Positions 50,080 to 60,224 of a stretch of 64,000 bases of DNA are shown piece by piece. The translations under genes and the position numbers were made by a program. The DNA lies in the NCBI GenBank assembly GCA_039794845.1, contig JAUQVK010000103.1, positions 14,884-78,883 of the forward strand, given 5' to 3'. The number at the start of each line of letters is the position of its first letter. Position 1 is the first letter of the stretch. The notes beneath the pieces were generated by a model. It saw nothing but the letters and a program-made list of their open reading frames with translations. It had not been told where the DNA came from and did no database searches. The DNA comes from Thermostichus sp. DRC_bins_24 (lineage in GTDB: Bacteria; Cyanobacteriota; Cyanobacteriia; Thermostichales; Thermostichaceae).

Positions 50080-51429
50080 ATGGATTTCGCCAGACCCCAG
50101 CGAACGTCCCCCCGCATTCTGGCTCTGGATTTTGATGGGGTAATCTGCGATGGGCTGGCGGAGTATTTCGTCAGCTCTTGTCGGGTTTGTCAGCAGGTGT
50201 GGGGGCTGGCGGAGGCTCAGTTGGATCCCTTACGCCCTGCTTTCGATCGCCTGCGCCCCTTGATCGAGACCGGTTGGGAAATGCCCTTGTTGGTGTGGGG
50301 GCTGTACCAAGGGATCCCTGAACCAGACCTGCGGCGGGATTGGCCCACCCAACAGCAGCAACTCTTGGAACAGGCCGGGATCCCCCCCCAGTCGTTGGCC
50401 CAAACTTTGGATCAGGTGCGGGACGAGTGGATGGCCTCGGATCTGCAGGGGTGGTTGGCCTGCCATCGGTTTTATCCCGGCATTGCCCCTTGGCTACGCC
50501 AGCTGAGAGCCGCCGGGGATCCACGCCTGGTGATCCTCAGCACCAAAGAGGGACGGTTTATCGAGCAACTGTTACAGGGAGAAGGGATCCAACTGCCGCG
50601 GCACCAGATTTTGGGCAAAGAAGTGCGCGTTCCCAAGGCCACCACTCTGCAACGGCTGCTCTCCGCCGCCCAATTGCCCGCCGCCGATCTGTGGTTTGTG
50701 GAGGATCGCCTCCAAACCTTACACCAGGTGTTGGCGGTTCCCGAACTGGAGGAGGCTCTTTTGTTCTTGGCCAGTTGGGGCTACAACCTACCGGAAGAAC
50801 GGGAAGAGGCCGTCTACCACCCCCGCCTGCACCTGCTCGATTTGGAGCAGATCTCCCAGCCCTTCGCCCACTGGATCGCCCTTCGGGCCGTGGAAAGCAC
50901 GATGCCCCCTCCTGTTGTGGATCCCTTGCCGCGCCTTTCCATCGCTCCAGCCCGACCGGAAGAGTTGAGCGAGATGGCCCCGTCGGGATCCCAGATCGCC
51001 CGCTCACCGGAACGCCCCGAAGCGGGTTTGGCTTCCTTGGTGTTGACCCTGGTGGAACTGTTGCGGCAGCTCATGGAGGCACAGGTGGTGCGCCAAATGG
51101 AGGCCGAGCGCCTTTCCCCGGAACAAATTGAACGGGCCGGAACCAGTCTGCAAACCCTGCGGGATCAAATTTGCCAAATCTGCACCATTTTCGACCTGGA
51201 TCCGGCGGACTTGAATGTGGATCTCGGAGAGCTGGGCACCCTCTTACCCCGCAAAGGGGACTACTACCCCGGCCAGCCCCACCGTGAGGGATCCCTGTTG
51301 GAACTGCTGGATCGGCTGATCAACACAGGCATCGTCATCGACGGCGAGATCGACCTGGGGTTGGCCCAGTTGGATTTGATCCATGCCCGCCTGAAGCTGG
51401 TGCTCACCTCCAGTGCCAAGCTCTATTGA
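50080..51429 (+). CDS. gvpK: HAD-like hydrolase fused in frame to gas vesicle protein GvpK
   Basis: LDFDGVICD, STKEGRF, FVEDR, ASWGYN then GLASLVLTLVELLRQLMEAQVVRQME...LLELLDRL..TGIVIDG. Confidence 0.8.
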   Translation: MDFARPQRTSPRILALDFDGVICDGLAEYFVSSCRVCQQVWGLAEAQLDPLRPAFDRLRPLIETGWEMPLLVWGLYQGIPEPDLRRDWPTQQQQLLEQAGIPPQSLAQTLDQVRDEWMASDLQGWLACHRFYPGIAPWLRQLRAAGDPRLVILSTKEGRFIEQLLQGEGIQLPRHQILGKEVRVPKATTLQRLLSAAQLPAADLWFVEDRLQTLHQVLAVPELEEALLFLASWGYNLPEEREEAVYHPRLHLLDLEQISQPFAHWIALRAVESTMPPPVVDPLPRLSIAPARPEELSEMAPSGSQIARSPERPEAGLASLVLTLVELLRQLMEAQVVRQMEAERLSPEQIERAGTSLQTLRDQICQICTIFDLDPADLNVDLGELGTLLPRKGDYYPGQPHREGSLLELLDRLINTGIVIDGEIDLGLAQLDLIHARLKLVLTSSAKLY

Positions 51430-51518
51430 GATGATTGAGAGATACAAATGAGAGCGGCAAATAAATCGCGGTATGCTGGGGGCAGATTGCCCGTAATCTC
51501 TCTTCACAGATTCTCCCC

Positions 51519-53093
51519 ATGGATATCTTTGCCCCAACCGCAAACCTGAATGCTGGTGCCATCTGGCCGGAGGTGGTCGTTACCCTAACGCTCCTGTTGG
51601 TGTTGGTGGTGGATCTAGTGGGTGGCTCAACGGTGCGCAAAAGCCTGCCAACCCTCTCGATTCTGGGTTTGGTGGGAACTTTGGTCACTCTGGTGTTGCA
51701 GTGGCAGCAGCCTCAGCCCGAGAGCTTTTTGGGTAGCTTCGCGGCGGATCCCATCAGCATTTTGTTCCGAGGCCTGGTGGTGGGTACGGCTCTGCTAACG
51801 GTAATGATGGCGGAGCGCTACATCCTCCAGTCCGGGACGGCCACGGGCGAGTTTTATGTGTTGTTGCTCACCGCCACCTTGGGGGGCATGTTCCTCTCCG
51901 GTGCTACCGATCTGATCATGGTCTTTGTTGCCCTCGAGACTTTGGGCATCGCCAGCTACCTGATGGCCGGCTACACCAAAAAAGACCCTCGCTCCTCTGA
52001 AGCAGCTCTGAAGTATCTCTTGATTGGGGCCAGCAGTACGGCCATTTTCCTCTACGGCATGTCGCTGCTGTACGGTCTGTCGGGTGGGCAAACCCAACTG
52101 GAGGCGATTGCGCTGCACATGGGGGATGCGGGCCTGGTGGGGATCATCGCCTTGGTGCTCTGCATTGGGGGCATTGGCTTTAAGTTGGCGGCGGTGCCTT
52201 TTCACCAGTGGACTCCTGATGTTTACGAGGGATCCCCGACTCCGGTGGTGGCCTTCCTCTCGGTGGGATCCAAAGCGGCAGGGTTTGCCTTGGCCGTGCG
52301 GTTTTTGGCGACGGTGTTCCCGGCCATGACGGAAGAGTGGCACGCCGTTTTGTCGGTGCTGGCGATTTTGACCATGGTGCTGGGGAATGTGGTGGCGATC
52401 ACCCAAACCCGCCTCAAGCGGCTACTGGCCTATTCCTCGATTGGGCAGGCGGGCTTTGTCATGATCGGGCTGGTGGTGGGCACAGAGGCGGGCTATGCCA
52501 GTTTGATTTTCTACCTGCTGGTCTACTTGGTCATGAACCTGGGGGCCTTCTTGTGCATTACGTTGTTCAGCCTGAAAACCGGCACCGACGAAATTAACGA
52601 GTACAGCGGCCTCTACCAGAAGGATCCCTTCCTCACCTTATGTTTAAGCATTTGCTTGCTTTCGCTGGGTGGGCTACCTCCTCTGGCGGGCTTCTTCGGC
52701 AAGCTGTATCTGTTCTGGGCCGGTTGGCAGGCAGGGGCCTATACCCTGGTGTTGGTGGGGCTGGTCACCAGCGTCATCTCCATTTACTACTACGTGCGGG
52801 TGGTGAAGACGATTGTGGTGAAAGAGCCACAAGAGATGTCGGTTTCGGTGCAAAACTACCCTGAGACCAACTGGCAAGCGGAAGGCATGCCGGCTCTGCG
52901 GGTGGGCATGGTGTTCACGTTGGTGGCAACCATCTTTGCCGGGATCCTCTCCAACCCCCTGTTTACCCTTTCCACACAGGCGGTGGAGCAAAGTCCTTTC
53001 TTAGGGTTCCCGACGGCGCAGGTTGTTGAATCCACCGGTCTCCAGGCTGCGGTGGATGAGGCTTCGGGGGCTTTCCCGATGGTCGAGGGTTGA
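51519..53093 (+). CDS. ndhB: NAD(P)H-quinone oxidoreductase subunit 2
   Basis: [56 protein letters not shown]. Confidence 0.96.
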   Translation: MDIFAPTANLNAGAIWPEVVVTLTLLLVLVVDLVGGSTVRKSLPTLSILGLVGTLVTLVLQWQQPQPESFLGSFAADPISILFRGLVVGTALLTVMMAERYILQSGTATGEFYVLLLTATLGGMFLSGATDLIMVFVALETLGIASYLMAGYTKKDPRSSEAALKYLLIGASSTAIFLYGMSLLYGLSGGQTQLEAIALHMGDAGLVGIIALVLCIGGIGFKLAAVPFHQWTPDVYEGSPTPVVAFLSVGSKAAGFALAVRFLATVFPAMTEEWHAVLSVLAILTMVLGNVVAITQTRLKRLLAYSSIGQAGFVMIGLVVGTEAGYASLIFYLLVYLVMNLGAFLCITLFSLKTGTDEINEYSGLYQKDPFLTLCLSICLLSLGGLPPLAGFFGKLYLFWAGWQAGAYTLVLVGLVTSVISIYYYVRVVKTIVVKEPQEMSVSVQNYPETNWQAEGMPALRVGMVFTLVATIFAGILSNPLFTLSTQAVEQSPFLGFPTAQVVESTGLQAAVDEASGAFPMVEG

Positions 53094-53166
53094 GGGTTCT
53101 CACCACAGGGATCCTCCGGCTGAACTGTTGTGGATCCCTTTATTCCCAAGATCTCTTGAAGCCCCC

Positions 53167-53874
53167 TCAGGGCTCCACCAGGCTGACCACAATGCGTCGA
53201 TTCTGTTTACCTTTGCTTTCGATCTTGCTCACCAGCAACTCGCCGATTTCCCCGGTTGCCCGCACATGAGTACCCCCGCAGGGCTGTAAATCCACACCCT
53301 CAATTTCCAACAGGCGCACCTGCCCTTGGCCGGTCGGGGGCTTAACCGACATGGTGCGCACCAAGCTGGGGTTGGCCGCTAGCTCCTCGTCGCTGACCCA
53401 ACGGGGCCTTACGGTGTGGTTCCCCTGTACCAAAGCATTGAGACGCGCCGTCAGGGTTTCTTTGTCGGGTTTTTCCCCGGGGATGTCAAAGTCCAGGCGG
53501 CTTTTGCTTTCCCCCACTTGTCCTCCGGTCACTCCACCCTCAACCACCGCGCAGAGCAGGTGCAGGGCGGTGTGCATGCGCATGTGACGATAGCGGCGTT
53601 CCCAGTCGATACTGGCGCTGACCGTCTCCCCCACCCTCAGGGGCGGGGATCCCTCGGCTGGCACATGAACAATGCCTGCTTCTCCCTTTTGGGTATCGAC
53701 AATAGGAATGACACGACCATCGGCTGTGGTCAGGGATCCCGTATCGCCCGGTTGCCCACCCCCTGTTGGGTAAAACACCGTTCGATCCAGCAGGATCCCG
53801 GTCTCTGAAAGGGCGATCACCCGAGCTTGGCAGGTGGTGAGATAGGCATCCGCCCGAAACAGTTCTTCCGTCAT
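53167..53874 (-). CDS. Alanyl-tRNA editing protein (AlaX family)
   Basis: FYPTGGGQPGDTG, MRMHTALHLL, QPCGGTHV. Confidence 0.92.
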   Translation of the reverse strand: MTEELFRADAYLTTCQARVIALSETGILLDRTVFYPTGGGQPGDTGSLTTADGRVIPIVDTQKGEAGIVHVPAEGSPPLRVGETVSASIDWERRYRHMRMHTALHLLCAVVEGGVTGGQVGESKSRLDFDIPGEKPDKETLTARLNALVQGNHTVRPRWVSDEELAANPSLVRTMSVKPPTGQGQVRLLEIEGVDLQPCGGTHVRATGEIGELLVSKIESKGKQNRRIVVSLVEP

Positions 53875-53963
53875 GGCCGCAGCAGGCATACCGTAGCAAA
53901 CTGCCTTCTACCCTAGCTGAATCTGAGGATTCGATTCCCCGAACCTGAACCAAACAACAGGCT

Positions 53964-54776
53964 TTAGGTGAGCGCCTGGCGGGCCTTGGCAGAAACCCAC
54001 TCGCTGATAAATACAGAAATGAAGATGACAATCAGGATCATGCTCACCTGATCCCATCGCAGGGTGTTGATGGAAGCATCCAGTTGCAGGCCGATTCCAC
54101 CTGCACCTACCAGACCCACCACCGTGGACTCGCGCAAGTTGATATCCCAGCGGTAAACCGTGACCCCAAGGATGTTGGTGATCACCTGCGGCCAAATGGC
54201 GTAGCTCAGCACCTGAGCACCGCTGGCCCCCGTGGAACGGATTGCTTCTACCGGCTCTTCGTTAATTTCTTCGATGCCCTCGTAGATCAGCTTGCCCATA
54301 AAGCCCACGGAGCGCAGGGCAATGGCTAAAGTTCCGGCCAATACCCCCGGCCCCAAGATGATCACCAGGATCAACGCCCAGATCAGGGAGTTAACGGAGC
54401 GGGTGCCCACAATGATGAACAAGGCAATATAGCGCACCAGCCGATGGGGGGTGGTGTTGCGAGCTGCCAAAAACGCCACCGGCACCGAAATCATAAAGGA
54501 GAGGGCCGTACCCAACGTGGCAATGGTGAGGGTATCCCAGAGAGGACGCCAAAGTTGCGACATATAGCTCCAACGGGGCGGTACCCCCCGCGAGAGCATC
54601 TCCCCCCCCTGACGGGGTGCATCCAGCACAAAGCTCCAGGTGGTGCGTTCGGCAATGAACCTGGCACAGGCAAACATCACCAGCAGCAGCACCAGCCAGA
54701 AGGCATACTCCAGCAGGGTTTGCTTTTGATTGCGCCACTGCCAGGTTTTGATCCCATTGCTTTCCAGAACAGGCAT
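53964..54776 (-). CDS. phnE: Phosphonate ABC transporter permease
   Basis: EEPVEAIRSTGA, YRWDINLRESTVVGLVGAGGIG. Confidence 0.92.
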   Translation of the reverse strand: MPVLESNGIKTWQWRNQKQTLLEYAFWLVLLLVMFACARFIAERTTWSFVLDAPRQGGEMLSRGVPPRWSYMSQLWRPLWDTLTIATLGTALSFMISVPVAFLAARNTTPHRLVRYIALFIIVGTRSVNSLIWALILVIILGPGVLAGTLAIALRSVGFMGKLIYEGIEEINEEPVEAIRSTGASGAQVLSYAIWPQVITNILGVTVYRWDINLRESTVVGLVGAGGIGLQLDASINTLRWDQVSMILIVIFISVFISEWVSAKARQALT

Positions 54777-55585
54777 TATTGCACCCTCTTGCGAATCCAA
54801 CCGGAAGTCAATTCCACCACCATCACCAAGGTGATAATCACAAGGATGATTGCAGAAGCGGTGTCGTAGTCGTAGCGACGAAGGGAGGTATTCAGGGTCG
54901 AGCCGATCCCGCCGGCACCGACAATCCCCAAAATGGCTGCCTCACGAATGTTGATGTCGAAGCGATACAACGTCAAACCGATCATGCGGGGCAACACCTG
55001 TGGCACCACTGCGTAGCTAACCATTTGCAGCCAGGAAGCCCCTGTCGAGCGAATCGCCTCCACCTGCACCGCGTCAATTTCTTCGATGTCTTCAGCCAAA
55101 AGTTTGCTGAAAAAGCCCAGACTCCCAAACGTGAGGGTGAGCACCCCGGCAAAAGGGCCAAAGCCAAACATGACCACGAACAGGATGGCGATGATCACCT
55201 CCTGAAAGGTGCGAGACAGGGCAATCAGGCCACGACAAAATAGGTAAATTGGCATCGGCACCAAATTGCGGGCGGCGCCGAACCCAACCGGAACCGCAAC
55301 GATGAAGCCTGCCACTGTGGAGATGGCCGCCATGGTCACGCTTTCCATCATTCCGGTGAAGATTAGGTTGCCGCGGGTGGTAAAGTCCGGATGCAAAAAG
55401 GCCAACAACAGCCGACCACTGCGCTGCATGCCGCGGGCTACCCGTGCTGGGTCAAAGTTGAGGGTGGAGACGGCGAAGATTAGGTAGATCACTGCCCCAA
55501 GAATCAACCCCCAGCGAACCCAAGGATTCTTAATCAGAGGCGGCGGCGACCACTTTCGCCCACTTGGTATTGTTGCCTGTGCCAT
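54776..55585 (-). CDS. phnE: Phosphonate ABC transporter permease
   Basis: QVEAIRSTGA, YRFDINIREAAILGIVGAGGIG. Confidence 0.92.
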   Translation of the reverse strand: MAQATIPSGRKWSPPPLIKNPWVRWGLILGAVIYLIFAVSTLNFDPARVARGMQRSGRLLLAFLHPDFTTRGNLIFTGMMESVTMAAISTVAGFIVAVPVGFGAARNLVPMPIYLFCRGLIALSRTFQEVIIAILFVVMFGFGPFAGVLTLTFGSLGFFSKLLAEDIEEIDAVQVEAIRSTGASWLQMVSYAVVPQVLPRMIGLTLYRFDINIREAAILGIVGAGGIGSTLNTSLRRYDYDTASAIILVIITLVMVVELTSGWIRKRVQ

Positions 55586-55622
55586 GGTGTGCTCCGCAAT
55601 GCTGACTTCTGCAAGGGATCCC

Positions 55623-56426
55623 TTAGTGAGCGGCTACTGAGACAGCTTCGCTTTCTTCGGCGTCTTGGGCGGGGCCGGAAGCGTTCCAGTCTTCTTCGCC
55701 GTAGATCTCGTTCAAGACACTGGGGGTGAGGCGATTGGGGGGGCCATCGTACACCACCTGTCCGAAACGCAAGCCGACAATCCGCTGCGCGAACATTTGC
55801 GCCAAAGGCACATCGTGAATATTGATGATCACCGACAGGCCCCGCTCCGAAGCCAGCTCGTTGATCAGGCGCATAATTTGACGGGAGGTTTTCGGATCCA
55901 AACTGGCGGTGGGCTCATCCACCAGGAGCAGCTCAGGGTTTTGTAGCAGGGCCCGCGCGATCCCCACCCGTTGCCGTTGCCCCCCCGAGAGAGCGTCTGC
56001 TCGCTTATCGGGAAACTCCGACAACCCCACCCGATCCAACAGGCGGAAGGCTTCATCAAGGGTGGCCTGAGGAAACTTGCGGAACCAGCTTTGCCAGAAA
56101 TTGACGTAGCCCAACTGCCCGGAGAGGATGTTCTCCATCACAGTCAGGCGTTCCACCAGGGCATACTCTTGAAAGATCATGCCGATCTTACGCCGGGCTT
56201 GCCGCAACTCGCGGGTATTCAGCCGGGTAAGGTTGACCTGATTGAGCCAAACATTGCCACTGGTGGGTTCCACCAAGCGGTTGATGCAACGAATCAGCGT
56301 ACTCTTTCCGGCACCCGAAGGGCCGATCAAGGCCATCACTTGCCCATCGGGAACTTCTAGGGTCACCCCTTTCAGGGCCATATCGCCCGTGGGATAACGC
56401 TTACTCAGGGAGTCGATACGTAGCAT
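55623..56426 (-). CDS. phnC: Phosphonate ABC transporter ATP-binding protein
   Basis: [33 protein letters not shown]. Confidence 0.93.
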   Translation of the reverse strand: MLRIDSLSKRYPTGDMALKGVTLEVPDGQVMALIGPSGAGKSTLIRCINRLVEPTSGNVWLNQVNLTRLNTRELRQARRKIGMIFQEYALVERLTVMENILSGQLGYVNFWQSWFRKFPQATLDEAFRLLDRVGLSEFPDKRADALSGGQRQRVGIARALLQNPELLLVDEPTASLDPKTSRQIMRLINELASERGLSVIINIHDVPLAQMFAQRIVGLRFGQVVYDGPPNRLTPSVLNEIYGEEDWNASGPAQDAEESEAVSVAAH

Positions 56427-56555
56427 CTTGATAACCTGCTTAAAATGGACAACTGTAGTTGAATTCCTCGGGATCCAAACCTTGGGAATGTTGGAACAAA
56501 AAGGGATCCCCGATGGCTTGCTCTCAACAAAGGATCCCTGCTCTATTCAGCTCCC

Positions 56556-57533
56556 CTATTGGGGAGGGGCATTCTCCTGAATCAACCGGATCACCTCCCA
56601 ATCTTCCTTGTAGGTGATCGGGGCAAAAGAAGCGCGGTCAAAGGCTTCTGCCAACTTGGTCCCTGCAAAGTCAAAGGTGTAGAAAGCCTCACGGATCTTC
56701 TCCTGCAGCTCCGGATCCAAATTGTGGGCGTAGCCGAATGGGCCGCTGGGGAACGTTGCAGATTTGTAGAGGGTACGGAACTGATTGCACTCCACTTGTC
56801 CGGCGATGCACATACGGTTGAGCACATCGTTGGCAATGGGGGCGGCATCGTAGTCTTCGTTGTACACACCCAAAATGGAGTTTTCGTGACCCCCAGAGAA
56901 ATTGGCCTCGTAGTCCACATCATCCTTGAAACCAGTTTCCGCCTCGATCAAAATGCGGGCGCTGATGTAGCCGGAGTTGGAGGAGGGTTGAGTAAAGGCA
57001 ATGCGGCGACCTTTGATGTCTTCTAGCTTTTGCAGGTCGCTGTCGATGCGGGTGATCACTTCCATTTCATAGCCAAAGCTGCCATCTTCCTTGGCAAAAA
57101 TGGCGAAGGGCACATAGCCCGCTCGGTTTACGGCACGGGGGGTACAGCCGGTGCAGGTACCCATGATGTGCAACCGTCCGGCCCGCAGCGCTTCTGTTTG
57201 AGCCGCTTCAGAATCCACAGGCACAAACTGTACGTTTCTGCCGGTTACCTGTTTGAGGTAGTCGGTGAATTCCTGCCAAGTTTCCGCATAAACCGCCGGA
57301 TCTTCGGAAGAGGTGTAGGAGATCAGCAAGGTATCAGGGTTAACAATTTGTGCCGGATCCGTAGGGGTATCGGCCACTAAGTCTCCATCAGCGTCGCAGT
57401 ACCGCTCATCCATACCTGCTGGACGAGGGCAAGATTGCGCCTGAGCCGATTGATAACCTGCAATTGCCAGGAGCACCGCGGCAAGAGCCAAGCTCTTGGA
57501 CAACAGACGAGTCACAGAGTGAGACGCCAACAT
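56556..57533 (-). CDS. phnD: Phosphate/phosphite/phosphonate ABC substrate-binding protein
   Basis: Signal peptide, RYCD..GDLVAD, SSNSG, SGGHENSILGV, DAAPIANDV. Confidence 0.88.
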   Translation of the reverse strand: MLASHSVTRLLSKSLALAAVLLAIAGYQSAQAQSCPRPAGMDERYCDADGDLVADTPTDPAQIVNPDTLLISYTSSEDPAVYAETWQEFTDYLKQVTGRNVQFVPVDSEAAQTEALRAGRLHIMGTCTGCTPRAVNRAGYVPFAIFAKEDGSFGYEMEVITRIDSDLQKLEDIKGRRIAFTQPSSNSGYISARILIEAETGFKDDVDYEANFSGGHENSILGVYNEDYDAAPIANDVLNRMCIAGQVECNQFRTLYKSATFPSGPFGYAHNLDPELQEKIREAFYTFDFAGTKLAEAFDRASFAPITYKEDWEVIRLIQENAPPQ

Positions 57534-57738
57534 TGCAAAGATCTCCTAATTGAGATGAATTTGAAACCCGAAAGGGCCGAGTTTATCAAGCACAAGTACG
57601 TGAATCATTCATTCAAAACCCAGAGCCCTGTTAGGCCAAACCCAGAACGAATGCGTGCCAGCAGAACTTTTGAGGCTCGGCAGAACTCACGATGCTTAAC
57701 GAAACTCAATAACACAGTAACGCTGTTTGCCTCAGTCT

Positions 57739-57779
57739 GAGCTAAGAGAGGTTTAATAGAGGGTTAAGGAAAGGTTATC
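57739..57779 (-). promoter_or_regulatory. Pho box (SphR/PhoB site) upstream of phnD
   Basis: Minus strand GATAACCT-ttc-CTTAACCC-tct-ATTAAACC-tct-CTTAGCTC: four 8-mers at 11-nt period resembling PyTTAAPyPy(T/A). Confidence 0.75.
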
Positions 57780-57919
57780 TGGCACAGATGTTTTCTAGCG
57801 GGCGCAGATTTTAGTCCTTGTTTTGTCTTTCCCAGAAGGGTTAAGGGATCCCTTGTTCAGGAAAAGGCCCTTCGGGATCCCTTGGGTAGAACAACTGGGT
57901 AATTAGACCCATTTAGCAT

Positions 57920-58927
57920 TTAGAGGGTGTATTCCACCCCTTCATCTTCCTGAATACGGCGGATGATCTCCCAGTGTTCCTTGTAGGTAATGGGTGCAAA
58001 GGCAACCCGGTCGAAGGCCTGCCGCATGGCCGTGCCTTCAAACTCAAAGGTATAAAAAGCTTCTCGAATTTTTTCCGCTAGCTCGGGGTGCAGGTTATGG
58101 GCATGGCCAAAGGAGCCGCTGGGGAAGGTCTCAGATTTGTAGAGGCTGCGGAATTGGCTACAATCCACCTGCTCATTGAGGCACATGCGATTCAGTACAT
58201 CGTTGGCAATCGGGGCTGCATCATAGTCTTCATTGAACACGCCCAAAATTGAGTTCTGGTGGCTGCCAGAAAACTCTGCGATGTAGTCGCCCGCCTCATC
58301 ATCCAAGCCGGTTTCTTGCTTGATCAGAATGCGGGCGCTGATGTAGCCGGAGTTGGACGAGGGATGGGTAAAGGCAACACGGCGACCGGCAATATCGCTG
58401 AGGGTTTGAATATCGCTATTCACATGGGTGATCACCTCCATCTCGTAGCCGATGGAGCCGTCCTCTTGCTGAAAAATGGCAAAAGGCACAAATCCTGCCA
58501 CGTTCACCGCTACGGGCGTACAGCCGGTGCAGGTACCCATAATGTGCAACCGCCCGGCACGCATCGCCTCGTACTGAGCAGCGTGAGAATCCGCGGGCAC
58601 AAATTGTACTCGTCTGCCGGTGACTTCCTCAAGGTGGGCGGTGAAGTCGGCCCAAGTGTCGGCATAAACAGCAGGCTCTTCTGAAGAGGTATAAGAAACC
58701 AGCAATACATCGGGATCCACCCACTCAGAGGGATCCTCCGGCAAATCGGCCACCAAATCCCCCACCCGATCACAGTAGCGGGCATCCATTTGAGGGGGAC
58801 GAGGGCAATCCGCTCGCGCCTGGGAGAGGTTGCCGCCCAATCCAAAGGTAACAGCCCCGACCAATCCAGCTCCCATCACCACTTTTCCCAGAGGGATCTG
58901 GGCCCAGAAAGAAGATAGCCTTTTCAT
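57920..58927 (-). CDS. phnD: Second phosphate/phosphite/phosphonate ABC substrate-binding protein (paralog)
   Basis: Same motifs as 56556-57533, with long identical stretches (RAGRLHIMGTCTGCTP, SSNSGYISARILI, DYDAAPIANDVLNRMC). Confidence 0.88.
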   Translation of the reverse strand: MKRLSSFWAQIPLGKVVMGAGLVGAVTFGLGGNLSQARADCPRPPQMDARYCDRVGDLVADLPEDPSEWVDPDVLLVSYTSSEEPAVYADTWADFTAHLEEVTGRRVQFVPADSHAAQYEAMRAGRLHIMGTCTGCTPVAVNVAGFVPFAIFQQEDGSIGYEMEVITHVNSDIQTLSDIAGRRVAFTHPSSNSGYISARILIKQETGLDDEAGDYIAEFSGSHQNSILGVFNEDYDAAPIANDVLNRMCLNEQVDCSQFRSLYKSETFPSGSFGHAHNLHPELAEKIREAFYTFEFEGTAMRQAFDRVAFAPITYKEHWEIIRRIQEDEGVEYTL

Positions 58928-59087
58928 TGTTTAAGATCTCCCAAATATGAAGAACGACAAGTAAATTGCAAAGCACCATGAGGCTGCAGATTTTACCTCT
59001 GCAAACCTCAGAATCCTTGCTTGGAAAAGAAAAACCATCCCAAATATATTGAGAGGGTTTGTTGTCTTTATTATTTATGACAGACTA

Positions 59088-59128
59088 TTGTTAAGAGTGA
59101 TTTAACAACAGGCTTAAATCTGGTTAAG
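59088..59128 (-). promoter_or_regulatory. Pho box-like array upstream of second phnD
   Basis: Minus strand CTTAACCA (59128-59121), TTAAGCCT, GTTAAATC, CTTAACAA (59095-59088) at 11-nt period, one unit off by one. Confidence 0.62.
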
Positions 59129-59154
59129 CCCCACGGATCCACTGAGCAGTGGGA

Positions 59155-59322
59155 TTTACAGCCTTTACGCGGGTCTTCCGGGACAGGGCTTGTGATTCCT
59201 CGTGGGGCCCGGAGGGCCATCCCTCCGGAGAGTAGATCTCAACTTCCATATTTGTGACCTGTGACCGGCGGTGCCCCATGGTGGGCGAACGCACCGGCGT
59301 GCCCTGGGTGTAAAAGGCATAA
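59155..59322 (+). mobile_element. MITE-like non-coding element, copy 4
   Basis: TTTACAGCCTTTACGCGGGTCTTCCGGGAC ... GTGTAAAAGGCATAA; interior most similar to copy 3. Confidence 0.7.
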
Positions 59323-59348
59323 CATGCCGAGACCGCTGCTACTTTTCC

Positions 59349-60161
59349 TCAAACCAATTTTTTGCGCAAGAAGCTACTCAAGGTATCCACCACAATCACA
59401 AACGCCACAATCACCAACAAAATCGTGGAAATTTCTTCCCAACGGCGGAACTGAATGCGCTGCACCAACAGCACCCCCACACCGCCTGCCCCCACCAAAC
59501 CCAAGGTGGCCGAGGAACGTAGATTCACCTCGAAACGATACAGCACCGTCGAGAGAAACTCCGGCAAAACCTGTGGGATAACGGCATAGCGAAAGACATG
59601 CAGAGGAGAGGCTCCTGTCGCCAATAAAGCCTCACTCGGCCCCGGATCAATACCTTCGATGATGTCGGCAAAGACCTTGCCCAAAAAGCCAATGGAGTTG
59701 ATGCCGACGGCCATGATCCCCGCCAACTGCCCTGGCCCAAAAGAAGAGACAAAAATAATGCCCAACAGCAACTCAGGGAAGGTGCGGATCCCGGCCAGAA
59801 AGGCCTTACCTGGAATTGCCAAACGTCCGGATCCCAGCAAATTAGAAGCGGCCAGAAACGAAAGTGGAAAAGAGAGAACGCCCCCGATGGTGGTGCCGAC
59901 CACAGCCATGTTAAAAGACTCAAACATCCGCTGTACCGCCAAATTGAAAACCGCTCCCGAGGGCCGACTGAAGCCCCGCAGCAATGGGGGCAAGTTGCGT
60001 TGCCAACCACTCACGACTCGGTTCCAATCAACGGATATGTTGAGGAGACAAAGGGTCATCAGCACCAACACCGTCAGCAGGATCATCCACAGCACTCGTC
60101 TGGTCCAGCGCACTTGTGCGGGCGGCTCCGGGATCCGTATTTCATCCAGAGAAATTTCCAT
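59349..60161 (-). CDS. phnE: Third phosphonate ABC transporter permease
   Basis: GPSEALLATGA, YRFEVNLRSSATLGLVGAGGVG. Confidence 0.9.
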   Translation of the reverse strand: MEISLDEIRIPEPPAQVRWTRRVLWMILLTVLVLMTLCLLNISVDWNRVVSGWQRNLPPLLRGFSRPSGAVFNLAVQRMFESFNMAVVGTTIGGVLSFPLSFLAASNLLGSGRLAIPGKAFLAGIRTFPELLLGIIFVSSFGPGQLAGIMAVGINSIGFLGKVFADIIEGIDPGPSEALLATGASPLHVFRYAVIPQVLPEFLSTVLYRFEVNLRSSATLGLVGAGGVGVLLVQRIQFRRWEEISTILLVIVAFVIVVDTLSSFLRKKLV

Positions 60162-60224
60162 GGAGGAGTTAGGGAAGCTTCTAGGCGATCATAAAGCAAG
60201 AGTCCTGAGGATGTGGGGCAGAGG

